Shown here: one piece after another, positions 41,701 to 50,011 of the stretch
Numbering within the stretch: position 1 is the first letter of the stretch
Layout of the letters: each line of letters opens with the position of its first letter
Assembly (NCBI GenBank): GCA_050247195.1
Contig: JBFWUP010000001.1
Coordinates: 853,725 to 917,724, forward strand
DNA from: Candidatus Melainabacteria bacterium
GTDB taxonomy: Bacteria > Cyanobacteriota > Vampirovibrionia > Vampirovibrionales > Vampirovibrionaceae
Direction: 5' to 3'
DNA length: 64,000 nucleotides
The notes under the pieces: generated by a model
Databases searched by the model: none
Told to the model about the DNA's origin: nothing
The model's input: only the letters and a program-made list of their open reading frames with translations
Translations under genes and position numbers: made by a program

Positions 41701-42047
41701 TTCATCATCTTCTTCACGTTCGAATTCTCTGGGGCCGCGTTTCCCAAAGCTAACCGCATCCTGCGAGCACCCGAAGAGAACCATCCCTTCCTTGGCTTTG
41801 GCGCTGAAGGCATTCTGTGCGCGGTTGGTGCACATCGCACCGGGGGACGAACCAAACATCACGTTCATGGCGGGGAAACTCCACATCATTCATTAGCGGG
41901 GGAACACTGGAGAAAGAGGCGGCTCTAGGCCGACAGCTTCTATTAAAAAGAATCGACGGCCCCAGCGGGCCATTTATGAATGAATTGTTACAACCCAGGG
42001 CCGCCCACCCCGCCAGGTTGGGTGTGAAAATCGGGCTGGCTTACACT

Positions 42048-42896
42048 CTAGTAGGCCAGGTAGCTGCCGTAGGCGAGGATGCCGTAGATGGATTGCAGCG
42101 CGCGGTACAGGGCTTCAAAATCGTCGGTCTGCCAGGCCACAGTCCGGCCATCGATGCGGCTCAGCCAGGGCATCAGCATGGCCACATCCGCCTGAACGCT
42201 GGTGGTCAGGGTGACTTCCAGCCGGTAGGGCCCTTTCAGGGCAAGACGGTTTTGCGGCCAGCGGTCACGATTCTGCATCAGCGCGCCCATGACATGGGTG
42301 AATTCGCTGAGGACGGTGTCGACAGGCTTACAGACGGCCGCTGTGGTGGAGAGACTTTCCTTGGTGCAGACGGTACTGAGACCTGGCAGGAGTCCGGTGA
42401 TCTCCCGGCAGAAGGTGTCATCCCCGCTGGCGAGGATAACCGGCACCTGATGAACCAGGCTGGCGTACAGGGCGTTGATACCCCCCTCGCCATAGGAAAC
42501 GCCGTTCACGCGTAAATCAAAGATGGCGCTGTGAAAGGAGTGGTTGAGTATGCCGCGCTCACTGCCTGCTTTGGCGTGGTAACCAAGGTAGATGGCGCCG
42601 TCAAATTCAGAGGTCAGCCCCGCAGCCATCGCGCATGGTTTGGGTTTGCCGCTCACCAGGGTCACGCCGTCGCGCAGCATGTCCTGGCGCAGGTTGGTCA
42701 TGCCGTAATGGGAATCATTGACCGTGATTGCCGTGGCGCCGGCCTGGCGGGCGGCATCCACCACTGTGTTGACTTCCAGCGCCAGCTGAGCCACGGCCAG
42801 GGTGTAGGCCTCGCGGTCGCGGGCAGGGTCGCATTGCTGCGGCGCCGTGACGCCACACACGCCTTCCAGATCTGCGGAGATATAAAGTCGGGTCAT
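42048..42896 (-). CDS. dppA: M55 family D-aminopeptidase (DppA-like)
   Basis: N-terminal MTRLYISADLEGVCGV... hallmark of peptidase M55. ATG at 42896 has TGAGG upstream. Confidence 0.75.
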   Translation of the reverse strand: MTRLYISADLEGVCGVTAPQQCDPARDREAYTLAVAQLALEVNTVVDAARQAGATAITVNDSHYGMTNLRQDMLRDGVTLVSGKPKPCAMAAGLTSEFDGAIYLGYHAKAGSERGILNHSFHSAIFDLRVNGVSYGEGGINALYASLVHQVPVILASGDDTFCREITGLLPGLSTVCTKESLSTTAAVCKPVDTVLSEFTHVMGALMQNRDRWPQNRLALKGPYRLEVTLTTSVQADVAMLMPWLSRIDGRTVAWQTDDFEALYRALQSIYGILAYGSYLAY

Positions 42897-42967
42897 ACGC
42901 CTCATTACCGTCCGATGGCATGGTTTCATTATAACCAACAAGCCCGCCGCAACCGATGCGTAAAACC

Positions 42968-42999
42968 AAAGGCCCTCCCCTGGATGGGGGAGAGCCTTT
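42968..42999. repeat. GC-rich imperfect palindrome AAAGGCCCTCCCC-TGGAT-GGGGGAGAGCCTTT (REP-like, copy 5)
   Basis: Seen between the dppA start and the YtxH gene end. Confidence 0.4.
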
Positions 43000-43024
43000 G
43001 AAAGCGGGTGTCAGCGCTTTTGCG

Positions 43025-43375
43025 CTACAGCGGGGTGGCGTCGGCCGGTTTCAGGGCGCCGGTGCCGCCATTGCCGTTGGCGTTGTCAAAGCGCTCCATG
43101 GTTTTTCGGCCCACGGATTCCAGCTCCGAAGAAATTTCCCGGGCTTTGTCGGAGAGGGTGGCCACTTTGGACTTCACGTCCGTGGTGACTTTCTGGGCCA
43201 CATCCTGGGCGGTGTGGGACACTTTCTCCTTGGAGGCGGCCACACGCTGGGCGAGATCTTCGCGGATCAGGCGGCGGGTTTCTTCACCTTTGCGGGGCGC
43301 CAGCAGCATGCCCACCACGGCGCCCACGCCGATGCCCATCAGAGAGCCCATGACGAATTTTTCGAATGACGACAT
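43025..43375 (-). CDS. YtxH-domain general-stress-type protein
   Basis: N-terminal ...GSLMGIGVGAVVGMLLAPRKGEETRR... matches the YtxH consensus (membrane helix plus APKSG-E-R). Confidence 0.6.
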   Translation of the reverse strand: MSSFEKFVMGSLMGIGVGAVVGMLLAPRKGEETRRLIREDLAQRVAASKEKVSHTAQDVAQKVTTDVKSKVATLSDKAREISSELESVGRKTMERFDNANGNGGTGALKPADATPL

Positions 43376-43432
43376 TGTCTTCCTCCTTCTTTCTGCTTAT
43401 TCGGTTGTCTGTAAAAACAGGGGGGTAAAGCG

Positions 43433-43831
43433 TTATGCCTTGCGGCGGGTGAATGACTGGAGCAGCCCGTTAAACAGGGCCCCGCCAACGGCCGATACGC
43501 CCATTTTGAGTCCGCTGGACACAGCTTTTAAGCCTTCGGCGCCTTTGCTGAAAGTGGGTCTGGTGGCTTCCACCCCCCGCTCAATGGCATTCACGCTCTG
43601 CACGGCCTTGGCGCTCAGGGTTTCCAGGTGGCTGACGGTCAGCCGGGTTTCCTGCAGCAGGGGTGAGAGTTCGTACTGGGCCACGGTCATAAACTCATTC
43701 ACCCGGTGCAGCAGCATGACCAGTTTGTACAGCAGCACCGCCAGCAGCAGCGCCACAGGCACAAAAAGGATGAGGTTGAGCTGGATGAGTTGGGAAATAC
43801 CGTTGTCCATGGGAGACTCCCGGGTGATCAA
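43433..43831 (-). CDS. DUF948 family membrane protein
   Basis: Single N-terminal transmembrane helix followed by coiled-coil-like region. Start may be the internal ATG at 43810. Confidence 0.55.
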   Translation of the reverse strand: MITRESPMDNGISQLIQLNLILFVPVALLLAVLLYKLVMLLHRVNEFMTVAQYELSPLLQETRLTVSHLETLSAKAVQSVNAIERGVEATRPTFSKGAEGLKAVSSGLKMGVSAVGGALFNGLLQSFTRRKA

Positions 43832-43842
43832 TGAGTGGGGGG

Positions 43843-44157
43843 CTACATGTCGTAGCCGCTGGCCATTTCTTCGGCCTGCTTGGCGCGGGCCAGTTTTTCG
43901 GCGCGACGATCCCGCTTCACTTTTTCAACCTGGTTCTCAATGCCGTAGCGGGTGCGGTCAAAAATTTCGCGGGTTTTGGGGTCGCTGATTTCATCAGACA
44001 GTTTTTCAGGCAGATCCTTGACGAAATCCTCAACATCGCTGCGGATTTCGTTGCCGGATTTGGGCGCGTACAGCACACCCAGAATGGTGCCGCCAACCAG
44101 TCCGGCCAGCATGCCCAGAACAAAGGAACCAATACTGCTGCGATCATCGTTTGCCAT
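43843..44157 (-). CDS. YtxH-domain protein (second paralogue)
   Basis: ...GMLAGLVGGTILGVLYAPKSGNEIR... YtxH signature. Confidence 0.6.
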   Translation of the reverse strand: MANDDRSSIGSFVLGMLAGLVGGTILGVLYAPKSGNEIRSDVEDFVKDLPEKLSDEISDPKTREIFDRTRYGIENQVEKVKRDRRAEKLARAKQAEEMASGYDM

Positions 44158-44255
44158 GAGGTGCCATTCCTTCTTGCTGAATGTCCCTTTCAGGACTCTA
44201 CCAGTCTAGGAGACGTCTCCCTGCCCGTCAAGTCTGACCGGGCTAGGTAATCTGG

Positions 44256-44549
44256 CTAAGCATGCCGGGCCGTGCGGGCCAGTGCCTGCCGCCAGAGAAA
44301 CCAGAGTATTTTGAGTTTGGGTGATTTGGGCCTGAACTGCCAGATTTCCGCCTCGTGGGCCATCACGCCCAGTTTGCGCCGGCTGTCGCGCATGGCGTGC
44401 CGCACCTGAATAATCTGGGCCAGCCAGTGACGCCGACGCGTCTTCCACTGATGGCTCCAGCCGGTGACCTGCGGCAGGGCGTAAGCCAGCATGACCAGAA
44501 TGATGATCTGGAGCAATGCCAGCAGTATCCATCCCAGTCCGGTCATCAC
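44256..44549 (-). CDS. Hypothetical small membrane protein
   Basis: N-terminal hydrophobic helix GWILLALLQIIILVMLAYAL. Stop overlaps the upstream gene's start region. Confidence 0.35.
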   Translation of the reverse strand: MMTGLGWILLALLQIIILVMLAYALPQVTGWSHQWKTRRRHWLAQIIQVRHAMRDSRRKLGVMAHEAEIWQFRPKSPKLKILWFLWRQALARTARHA

Positions 44550-44953
44550 GGATTTGTCTCCCCGTTTTGCGGTGCAGCGGGGGTTGCCTCGTCCCCGTCA
44601 TCCAGTTTCTCCAGCGAGGGGTTGGGAATATTGACGTGCTTCAGGTAGTCGTACTCGCGGGTGTACACGCCTTTTTTACAGCGGCGGTGACGGGCAATCC
44701 ACAATTCGCGCTGAGGAATGTAGAGGCCGCGGATCCAGGCCGGCTTGTCATAAATGTCCTGCACCCGCTGCCGGATGGGTTCGCAGCGTGTTGAAAAATC
44801 ATCGGGCGGGAGGGGTTCGTAGTTTTCAATACCGGGTTCCTCGGCATGCTTTCCGGGCCAGATTTTCAGAGCGCTGGCTTCTGGTGCGAGAAACGCCGGG
44901 CTGATGAGCAGACCCGCCAGGAGCAGCATGGGAATCAGTCGTTTCAAAGTCAT
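44546..44953 (-). CDS. Secreted hypothetical protein
   Basis: Signal peptide MTLKRLIPMLLLAGLLISPAFLA. The track's longer N-terminus would overlap the GH38 gene. Confidence 0.4.
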   Translation of the reverse strand: MTLKRLIPMLLLAGLLISPAFLAPEASALKIWPGKHAEEPGIENYEPLPPDDFSTRCEPIRQRVQDIYDKPAWIRGLYIPQRELWIARHRRCKKGVYTREYDYLKHVNIPNPSLEKLDDGDEATPAAPQNGETNP

Positions 44954-44981
44954 GTCAGGCCATTCCGTTTGCAAACCGTTT

Positions 44982-47570
44982 CTATTGTACCGAAAAGACA
45001 AGGGTCCGCACCGACAGCGGTGGGAATGTGAACGCGAGGACACCCTCCCTGCCGGAAATGGCGGCATCGGGGAGGGGTTCTCCCAGGGCATTGGTCGGCA
45101 GGGCGTTCTGCAGTTGCAGGCTTGTGGAGAGTGTGACGGGTACAGTCTGGTCAGTGGTATTGATCAGTCGCAGGATAATCTGGTTGTTTTCCCGGTACAA
45201 AGCGCTCATGATCACTTCCGGGGCATCCCAGGAAAAAACGCTGTGCCCGGCGGGTGTCTCGCTGGTGGGTGAGGCAGGCAGGTAGGCTGTGGGGGAGACC
45301 GTGAAACAGTCGCCGTAAAAGTGATCGGCTTCCGTGTAAAGCCGGTGGGTTTCTTCCGGCTGGGGCAGCCAGGCATAGCGGGCTTCCATGGGTGATTCGG
45401 GATACTGGGCTTCGGGCGTGGGCAGTGGGGGGCCGGCCTGCGCGCCGCGCACCCCGGTTTCATTGCTGGAGAGCAGCCCGAACGCGCGCATCAGCGTGAT
45501 GTGGAAGTCCGCGCCCATTACTTCATATTCACACAGGCCTTCGGTAATCCACGCCTGATCGTTGGCGGCTGCAAAGCGCTGAACCGGGCCTGTGCTGGTT
45601 TTCAGTTCTTTCCACGGCGCCACCGGCATGGCCTCGGCCATCCGGTAATCCGGGTTGTAAGTGCGTGTCACCGTGCCGAAATGGCCTTCGGCCAGCACAC
45701 AGGTCATGGGTCCTTTGGTCGGGAAGACCACCTGAAGCGTATGGCCGGGGTCGTGGTTAATCCAGCGGCTGTGGGCGGTGATTCGGGGGCTGCCGGCAGT
45801 CACGGTCAGTGTGGTGTGCAGCAGGTGGTGGCCCGTGGCCTTGCCGGTGCGCGAGTAGGTGAGTTCAACTTCGGCCACCAGGGGACCGGTCTGTGTCAGC
45901 CGGGCGTCACACAACCGGTATGCTGTGGGGTGGCTGCCGGGCACCGGCGCACGATTGTAGGAGTCTCCCTGATCGGGATAATCCAGAATGCGGTGGGTGT
46001 GTTCATAACGCAGGTTACGCCGGCAGTCCGTCAAAGTAACCGTTCCACCGGTGGCGGCGTTTTTTCCGGTGGGCAGATGGATTTCAGCAGCCACCAGACC
46101 ATTTTCAAGGCGGATGGTTTTCTGCCGGACCGTACCCGACTGGATGGACACCACAGGCTGCGATACAGGCTTTCGAGACGATGAGAGCGGCGCTGCCGAT
46201 AAGGGCGGTACGTTCTCCACCCACACCCAGCCGTTGCGAACAGTGGTGGTGCGGTGGGCAAGCGGAACAATCTGGTGGCTGGTGCGATCGTGCCGGATTA
46301 AAGTGGTTTCAGTTGCACCGGTCTGATCGAAATCAGCGGCGTTGTCGTCGCCATAAAACTGTACAGGAACAGCACCGGTAAAAGGCATACTGCCCGTATT
46401 GACGAGGACAGGCTCTCCCGTGGCGGCCGTGAGACGGTGCAGCGCACGATGCTGCAGGCCGGCGGCGATGTCCCGGATTTCATCGTAGCGGGCCATATTG
46501 GCCCGGTGAACGGAATCCACGCTGCAGCCGCAGATGCTGTCGTGCGGGGTGTTCAGCAGCAGCAGCTCCCAGGCCGTTTCCAGCGCCATCACTTCGGCGT
46601 CATTTTCAGGCGGGCTGATGACCATGAGAGGTTCAATCACACGCGTCAGTTGGTGCTCCAGCTGGCGCTGCGCCTGTTTAAGCGGTATGCGCGCACTGTA
46701 TACGCCCGGCAGCAGAAACTGGGCGCTGCAGTCGGTGAGTTCTCCGGGAACGGTTTCCAGTGTGCCGGTGGGTTGCTGCTGCCAGTGGGTCTGCATGGCC
46801 TGCATAAAACGATCCGGGGTGGTGGTTTGCATGCCGGGCAGCCAGGCCGCCAGGCTGGTAAGCGCGTCGGGAGTGAGGGGCCCGAGGTGGTCTCCGCCCA
46901 GGGGTAGCAGAAAACCCGGCTGACCCGCCGGGGTGGCGGCGACCAGCTTATCGCGCAGGGCGTCCAGCGCGCGCCGGCGCGCGTCGTCCTCAGACAAATC
47001 GGGATCCTGAAAAGGCCACTGGAAATAGCCCTCGCTCAGGTGCGCGGTGAGGACACGGCTGCCGTCGGGGCTCTGCCACCAGAACATGTTCTGCCCGGGG
47101 TTTACCCCGCGCCAGACGATGGCTGAGCGGATGCCGCACATATTCAACATCAGCGGCATGTGAGCGCTGTGGCCAAAGGTATCCGGCAGATACCCCGTGA
47201 AGTCATGACAGCCCCAGCTGCGGGCGGTGCGGATTCCCCGGATCAGATTCCGCAGTAGCGCTTCGCCGCTGATCAGCAGTTCATCCGGCATCACAAACCA
47301 GGGGCCGATGGTGAGTCTGCCCTGCTGAACCGCCCCGAGCAGACGATCCGTCTGATCGGGCCGCAGGGCCAGATAGTCAGACAGCAGCACCGTCTGGCCG
47401 TCCAGGGCAAAGCAGTCCATCTGCCCGGCATCCAGCCGTTCGAGAATGGCGTCAATCACCTCAGCCAGACGCAACTGGTAGGTCCGGAAGGGTTCATACC
47501 ATTCCCGGTCCCAGTGGGTGTGAAAAAACACCCATGGGGTTGGTTTCAGTGCCACGGCAGTGTCGCTCAT
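44982..47570 (-). CDS. Glycoside hydrolase family 38 alpha-mannosidase (mannosylglycerate-hydrolase-like)
   Basis: N-terminal ...HTHWDREWY... GH38 catalytic motif and the remaining 862-aa architecture. Confidence 0.8.
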   Translation of the reverse strand: MSDTAVALKPTPWVFFHTHWDREWYEPFRTYQLRLAEVIDAILERLDAGQMDCFALDGQTVLLSDYLALRPDQTDRLLGAVQQGRLTIGPWFVMPDELLISGEALLRNLIRGIRTARSWGCHDFTGYLPDTFGHSAHMPLMLNMCGIRSAIVWRGVNPGQNMFWWQSPDGSRVLTAHLSEGYFQWPFQDPDLSEDDARRRALDALRDKLVAATPAGQPGFLLPLGGDHLGPLTPDALTSLAAWLPGMQTTTPDRFMQAMQTHWQQQPTGTLETVPGELTDCSAQFLLPGVYSARIPLKQAQRQLEHQLTRVIEPLMVISPPENDAEVMALETAWELLLLNTPHDSICGCSVDSVHRANMARYDEIRDIAAGLQHRALHRLTAATGEPVLVNTGSMPFTGAVPVQFYGDDNAADFDQTGATETTLIRHDRTSHQIVPLAHRTTTVRNGWVWVENVPPLSAAPLSSSRKPVSQPVVSIQSGTVRQKTIRLENGLVAAEIHLPTGKNAATGGTVTLTDCRRNLRYEHTHRILDYPDQGDSYNRAPVPGSHPTAYRLCDARLTQTGPLVAEVELTYSRTGKATGHHLLHTTLTVTAGSPRITAHSRWINHDPGHTLQVVFPTKGPMTCVLAEGHFGTVTRTYNPDYRMAEAMPVAPWKELKTSTGPVQRFAAANDQAWITEGLCEYEVMGADFHITLMRAFGLLSSNETGVRGAQAGPPLPTPEAQYPESPMEARYAWLPQPEETHRLYTEADHFYGDCFTVSPTAYLPASPTSETPAGHSVFSWDAPEVIMSALYRENNQIILRLINTTDQTVPVTLSTSLQLQNALPTNALGEPLPDAAISGREGVLAFTFPPLSVRTLVFSVQ

Positions 47571-47633
47571 ACCCCACAGTTTACCAGCTTCTCACCGGCG
47601 GGGCGGCGTCTGAAAAAACGCTGACGGCATCAA

Positions 47634-48473
47634 TTACTGGATCAACCGCAGGGCTTCTTCCAGCAGGTTTTTGTTGGTGGAAATCAGTTTTGAGGTGAAA
47701 TCCATCTGCAGCTTGGCCTGCTGCAGTAGCGCCACGCTGCCGCGGATATCCACGTTGGATTTTTCCAGCAGGCCTTCCCGGATTTCACCTGTGCCGGCCA
47801 CCGGCTCGCCGGAGAGGGCTGTGGTCTGGAACATCTGATCTTCTGTTTCCGCAAGGCCACCGGGGTTCACAAAGTTGACGAGAGCCACTTTGTACAGCGG
47901 GGTGACCACACGGCCCTGTTCGGCAATGCCCACGAGGGTGCCGTCGGAACGGGTTTTGAATTCATCATACTTGCCCAGGAACTTGCCGTTGGCGGGGTCC
48001 ACCCACAGGTTAATGCCCACGGTGGGGGTGTGTCCCGGTCCGCCCTGGCTGTGGCTGGGGTTATTGGCCGTGCCGCCCGGGTTGGTGGCGCCGCCCGTAC
48101 TCACCGGATTGCCGTCATCGCCCAGCATGTAGCCCTGCAGGGCATAACCCTTGCTGTTGACCAGATTGCCTTCAGCATTGAAGCGAAAGTCGCCCAGGCG
48201 GGTGAAGAAAAGCCCGCCATCGGGCTTGCGCACGGCAAACATGCCGTTGCCCTCAATAAACATGTTGGTGGGCGCGGTGCCGGGTATGGCTTTGCCCTGT
48301 TCCGTACTGCGCGGGGTCTCACTCAGCCGCACGCCGTTCACATAATCCGAGAACGTGGAGGTGACCTCCCGGTAGCCCGGTGTGTACATATTGGAGAGAT
48401 TCTGGCTCAGGGTGCCAATCCAGCCCTGGGCGGCCTTCTGGGAGTTCAGCGCTGTAATGAAGGGGTCAAACAT
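47634..48473 (-). CDS. Flagellar hook/basal-body rod family protein (FlgE/FlgF/FlgG-like, short)
   Basis: Conserved rod/hook N-terminus (...MYTPGYRE...) and C-terminus (...SNVDI...LLQQAKLQMDFTSKLISTNKNLLEEALRL). Confidence 0.6.
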   Translation of the reverse strand: MFDPFITALNSQKAAQGWIGTLSQNLSNMYTPGYREVTSTFSDYVNGVRLSETPRSTEQGKAIPGTAPTNMFIEGNGMFAVRKPDGGLFFTRLGDFRFNAEGNLVNSKGYALQGYMLGDDGNPVSTGGATNPGGTANNPSHSQGGPGHTPTVGINLWVDPANGKFLGKYDEFKTRSDGTLVGIAEQGRVVTPLYKVALVNFVNPGGLAETEDQMFQTTALSGEPVAGTGEIREGLLEKSNVDIRGSVALLQQAKLQMDFTSKLISTNKNLLEEALRLIQ

Positions 48474-48515
48474 GCCGGGTTACTCCTGGTTGCGCCAAAC
48501 ACGGCGTTGGCGTCG

Positions 48516-49295
48516 TTATTCCAAATCCCACGGTGATGACTGCTGACGACGGGGATGGCCGTCCTGTTCCGGTGACTGATCCTGGTATTCCAGCGTGCCG
48601 ACAGGCAGATTGCGGGCAATCATGCGCTGGCGCAGGTCATCCAGTTGCTGCTTGATGTAGAAGGCGCCGGCGCGGTCGGCTGAGACGAAGCTGGCGGACA
48701 CCTGCCCGTTGACGATGCGCAGAATCAGCGAAGAGTCCTTGTCCATATCGATACGGATGGCCTGTCCGGTTTTATAGCCTTTTTCAATCAGGCGGGTCAT
48801 ATTGTCGGAGAGCGTGTACCCGCCGAAATCCAGCTGGCCGCTGCCCGTGGTTTTAAATACGGTGTCCAGCGGTACGCTGCCCATCACAATGGGCAGGGCG
48901 GGTATCACAACCTGCTTCAGGTAACTCAGGTCATCGGGGCCCAGCTGGTGCATCAGCAGGGTGAGATCCTGCGGGGAGAGATCCTGATCATCGGCGCCCG
49001 TCCTGCGTTGAACCGGGCCAGGATTATCGGCGTCAGTCACCGCCGGCTGAACGACCGGCGCGGGGGTGGTTTCTCTCTGCGCGTTTGCAGCCGGTTTCTC
49101 GGCGGCAGGGGGTTCGGCCGTGCGGCTGGTGGCGCCGGGCTGGGGAAGACCGGCTTCCTGGACGCTGCCCAGTAAATCCAGAAACGCCAGATCCAGTGCG
49201 TCCAGGCCACTCTGGGCCGTGCTGCCCTGGACACGCTGCACGCGTCCGCCGTATTGCAGGGCATAGGCTTTCAGTTGGGCGTTCTGAATGTCCAT
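48516..49295 (-). CDS. fliK: Flagellar hook-length control protein FliK-like
   Basis: C-terminal region (...SLILRIVNGQVSASFVSADRAGAFYIKQQLDDLRQRM...NLPVGTLEYQDQ) fits the FliK C-terminal (Flg_hook) pattern. Pro/Ala-rich central linker. Position between fliJ and the hook-like gene. Confidence 0.5.
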   Translation of the reverse strand: MDIQNAQLKAYALQYGGRVQRVQGSTAQSGLDALDLAFLDLLGSVQEAGLPQPGATSRTAEPPAAEKPAANAQRETTPAPVVQPAVTDADNPGPVQRRTGADDQDLSPQDLTLLMHQLGPDDLSYLKQVVIPALPIVMGSVPLDTVFKTTGSGQLDFGGYTLSDNMTRLIEKGYKTGQAIRIDMDKDSSLILRIVNGQVSASFVSADRAGAFYIKQQLDDLRQRMIARNLPVGTLEYQDQSPEQDGHPRRQQSSPWDLE

Positions 49296-49329
49296 TCCGG
49301 GTTCCTTCTGTCGTACCTGACGGAAAAGA

Positions 49330-49815
49330 TTATTCCAGGGAGTTGAGCAGGTTATTCAGGTCTTCTGTCTCTTCATCCAGGGCCGCCTGCTGTGCCCTGA
49401 AAAAGCGCTGGGAGGCCACTTCATCCAGTTGCTTCATCTCAATGCGCTTCTGTTCTTCCTGCCATTCTTCGAGGGCTTTATCCTTGTGTTTCAGCAGGGC
49501 TTCCACGTCGGCCTGGGCTTTCTGTAACATCTGTTGTTCGTAGGCCAGTTGCTGTTTGGCGGCGTCCAGGTCCTGGTAGAGCTTATCCAGCTCCTGGTTC
49601 AGCACGTACAGGTACTCGTCGTGGCTGGCCATCATGGTGTGCGGGGATTTCAGCATATGGTCGCGGACGCTGCGGATCTCATCTTTTTTCTGCTGGATCG
49701 CTTGTTCCACCTCGCGGACATGGCGTCTTGCCTGGATCACCCGCTGTTCCTGCTCTTTTTTCTTACGCTCGCGCAGTTCAAAAACCTGTTGCAGTCGGTA
49801 TTGAAAAGCGGCCAT
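49330..49815 (-). CDS. fliJ: Flagellar export protein FliJ-like coiled-coil protein
   Basis: About 160-aa all-coiled-coil protein, MAAFQYRLQQVFELRERK... like FliJ. Adjacent to fliK. Confidence 0.5.
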   Translation of the reverse strand: MAAFQYRLQQVFELRERKKKEQEQRVIQARRHVREVEQAIQQKKDEIRSVRDHMLKSPHTMMASHDEYLYVLNQELDKLYQDLDAAKQQLAYEQQMLQKAQADVEALLKHKDKALEEWQEEQKRIEMKQLDEVASQRFFRAQQAALDEETEDLNNLLNSLE

Positions 49816-50011
49816 AAGAGAGCAGTTTCACGCCGGTTGATGTCGGAGGGGGTGTGCGGACGGGCGGATGCCTGTTCTCACACTAACCAGATATCGGCAG
49901 TTCGCAAGAAAATCGAGGGCGCCGGTGCGTTTTTCCCCTGAATGAAGGATATCATACGACGTTCGTAGCCGTCCAGGGAGCCGGCATCCCGGGGCGGTGT
50001 TTCGGAACGTT

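Noticed and set aside
41683-41889. 68-aa convergent ORF as a pore-former-style immunity protein
   Set aside because: Not hydrophobic and no SD. Kept only as a possibility mentioned in the main finding.
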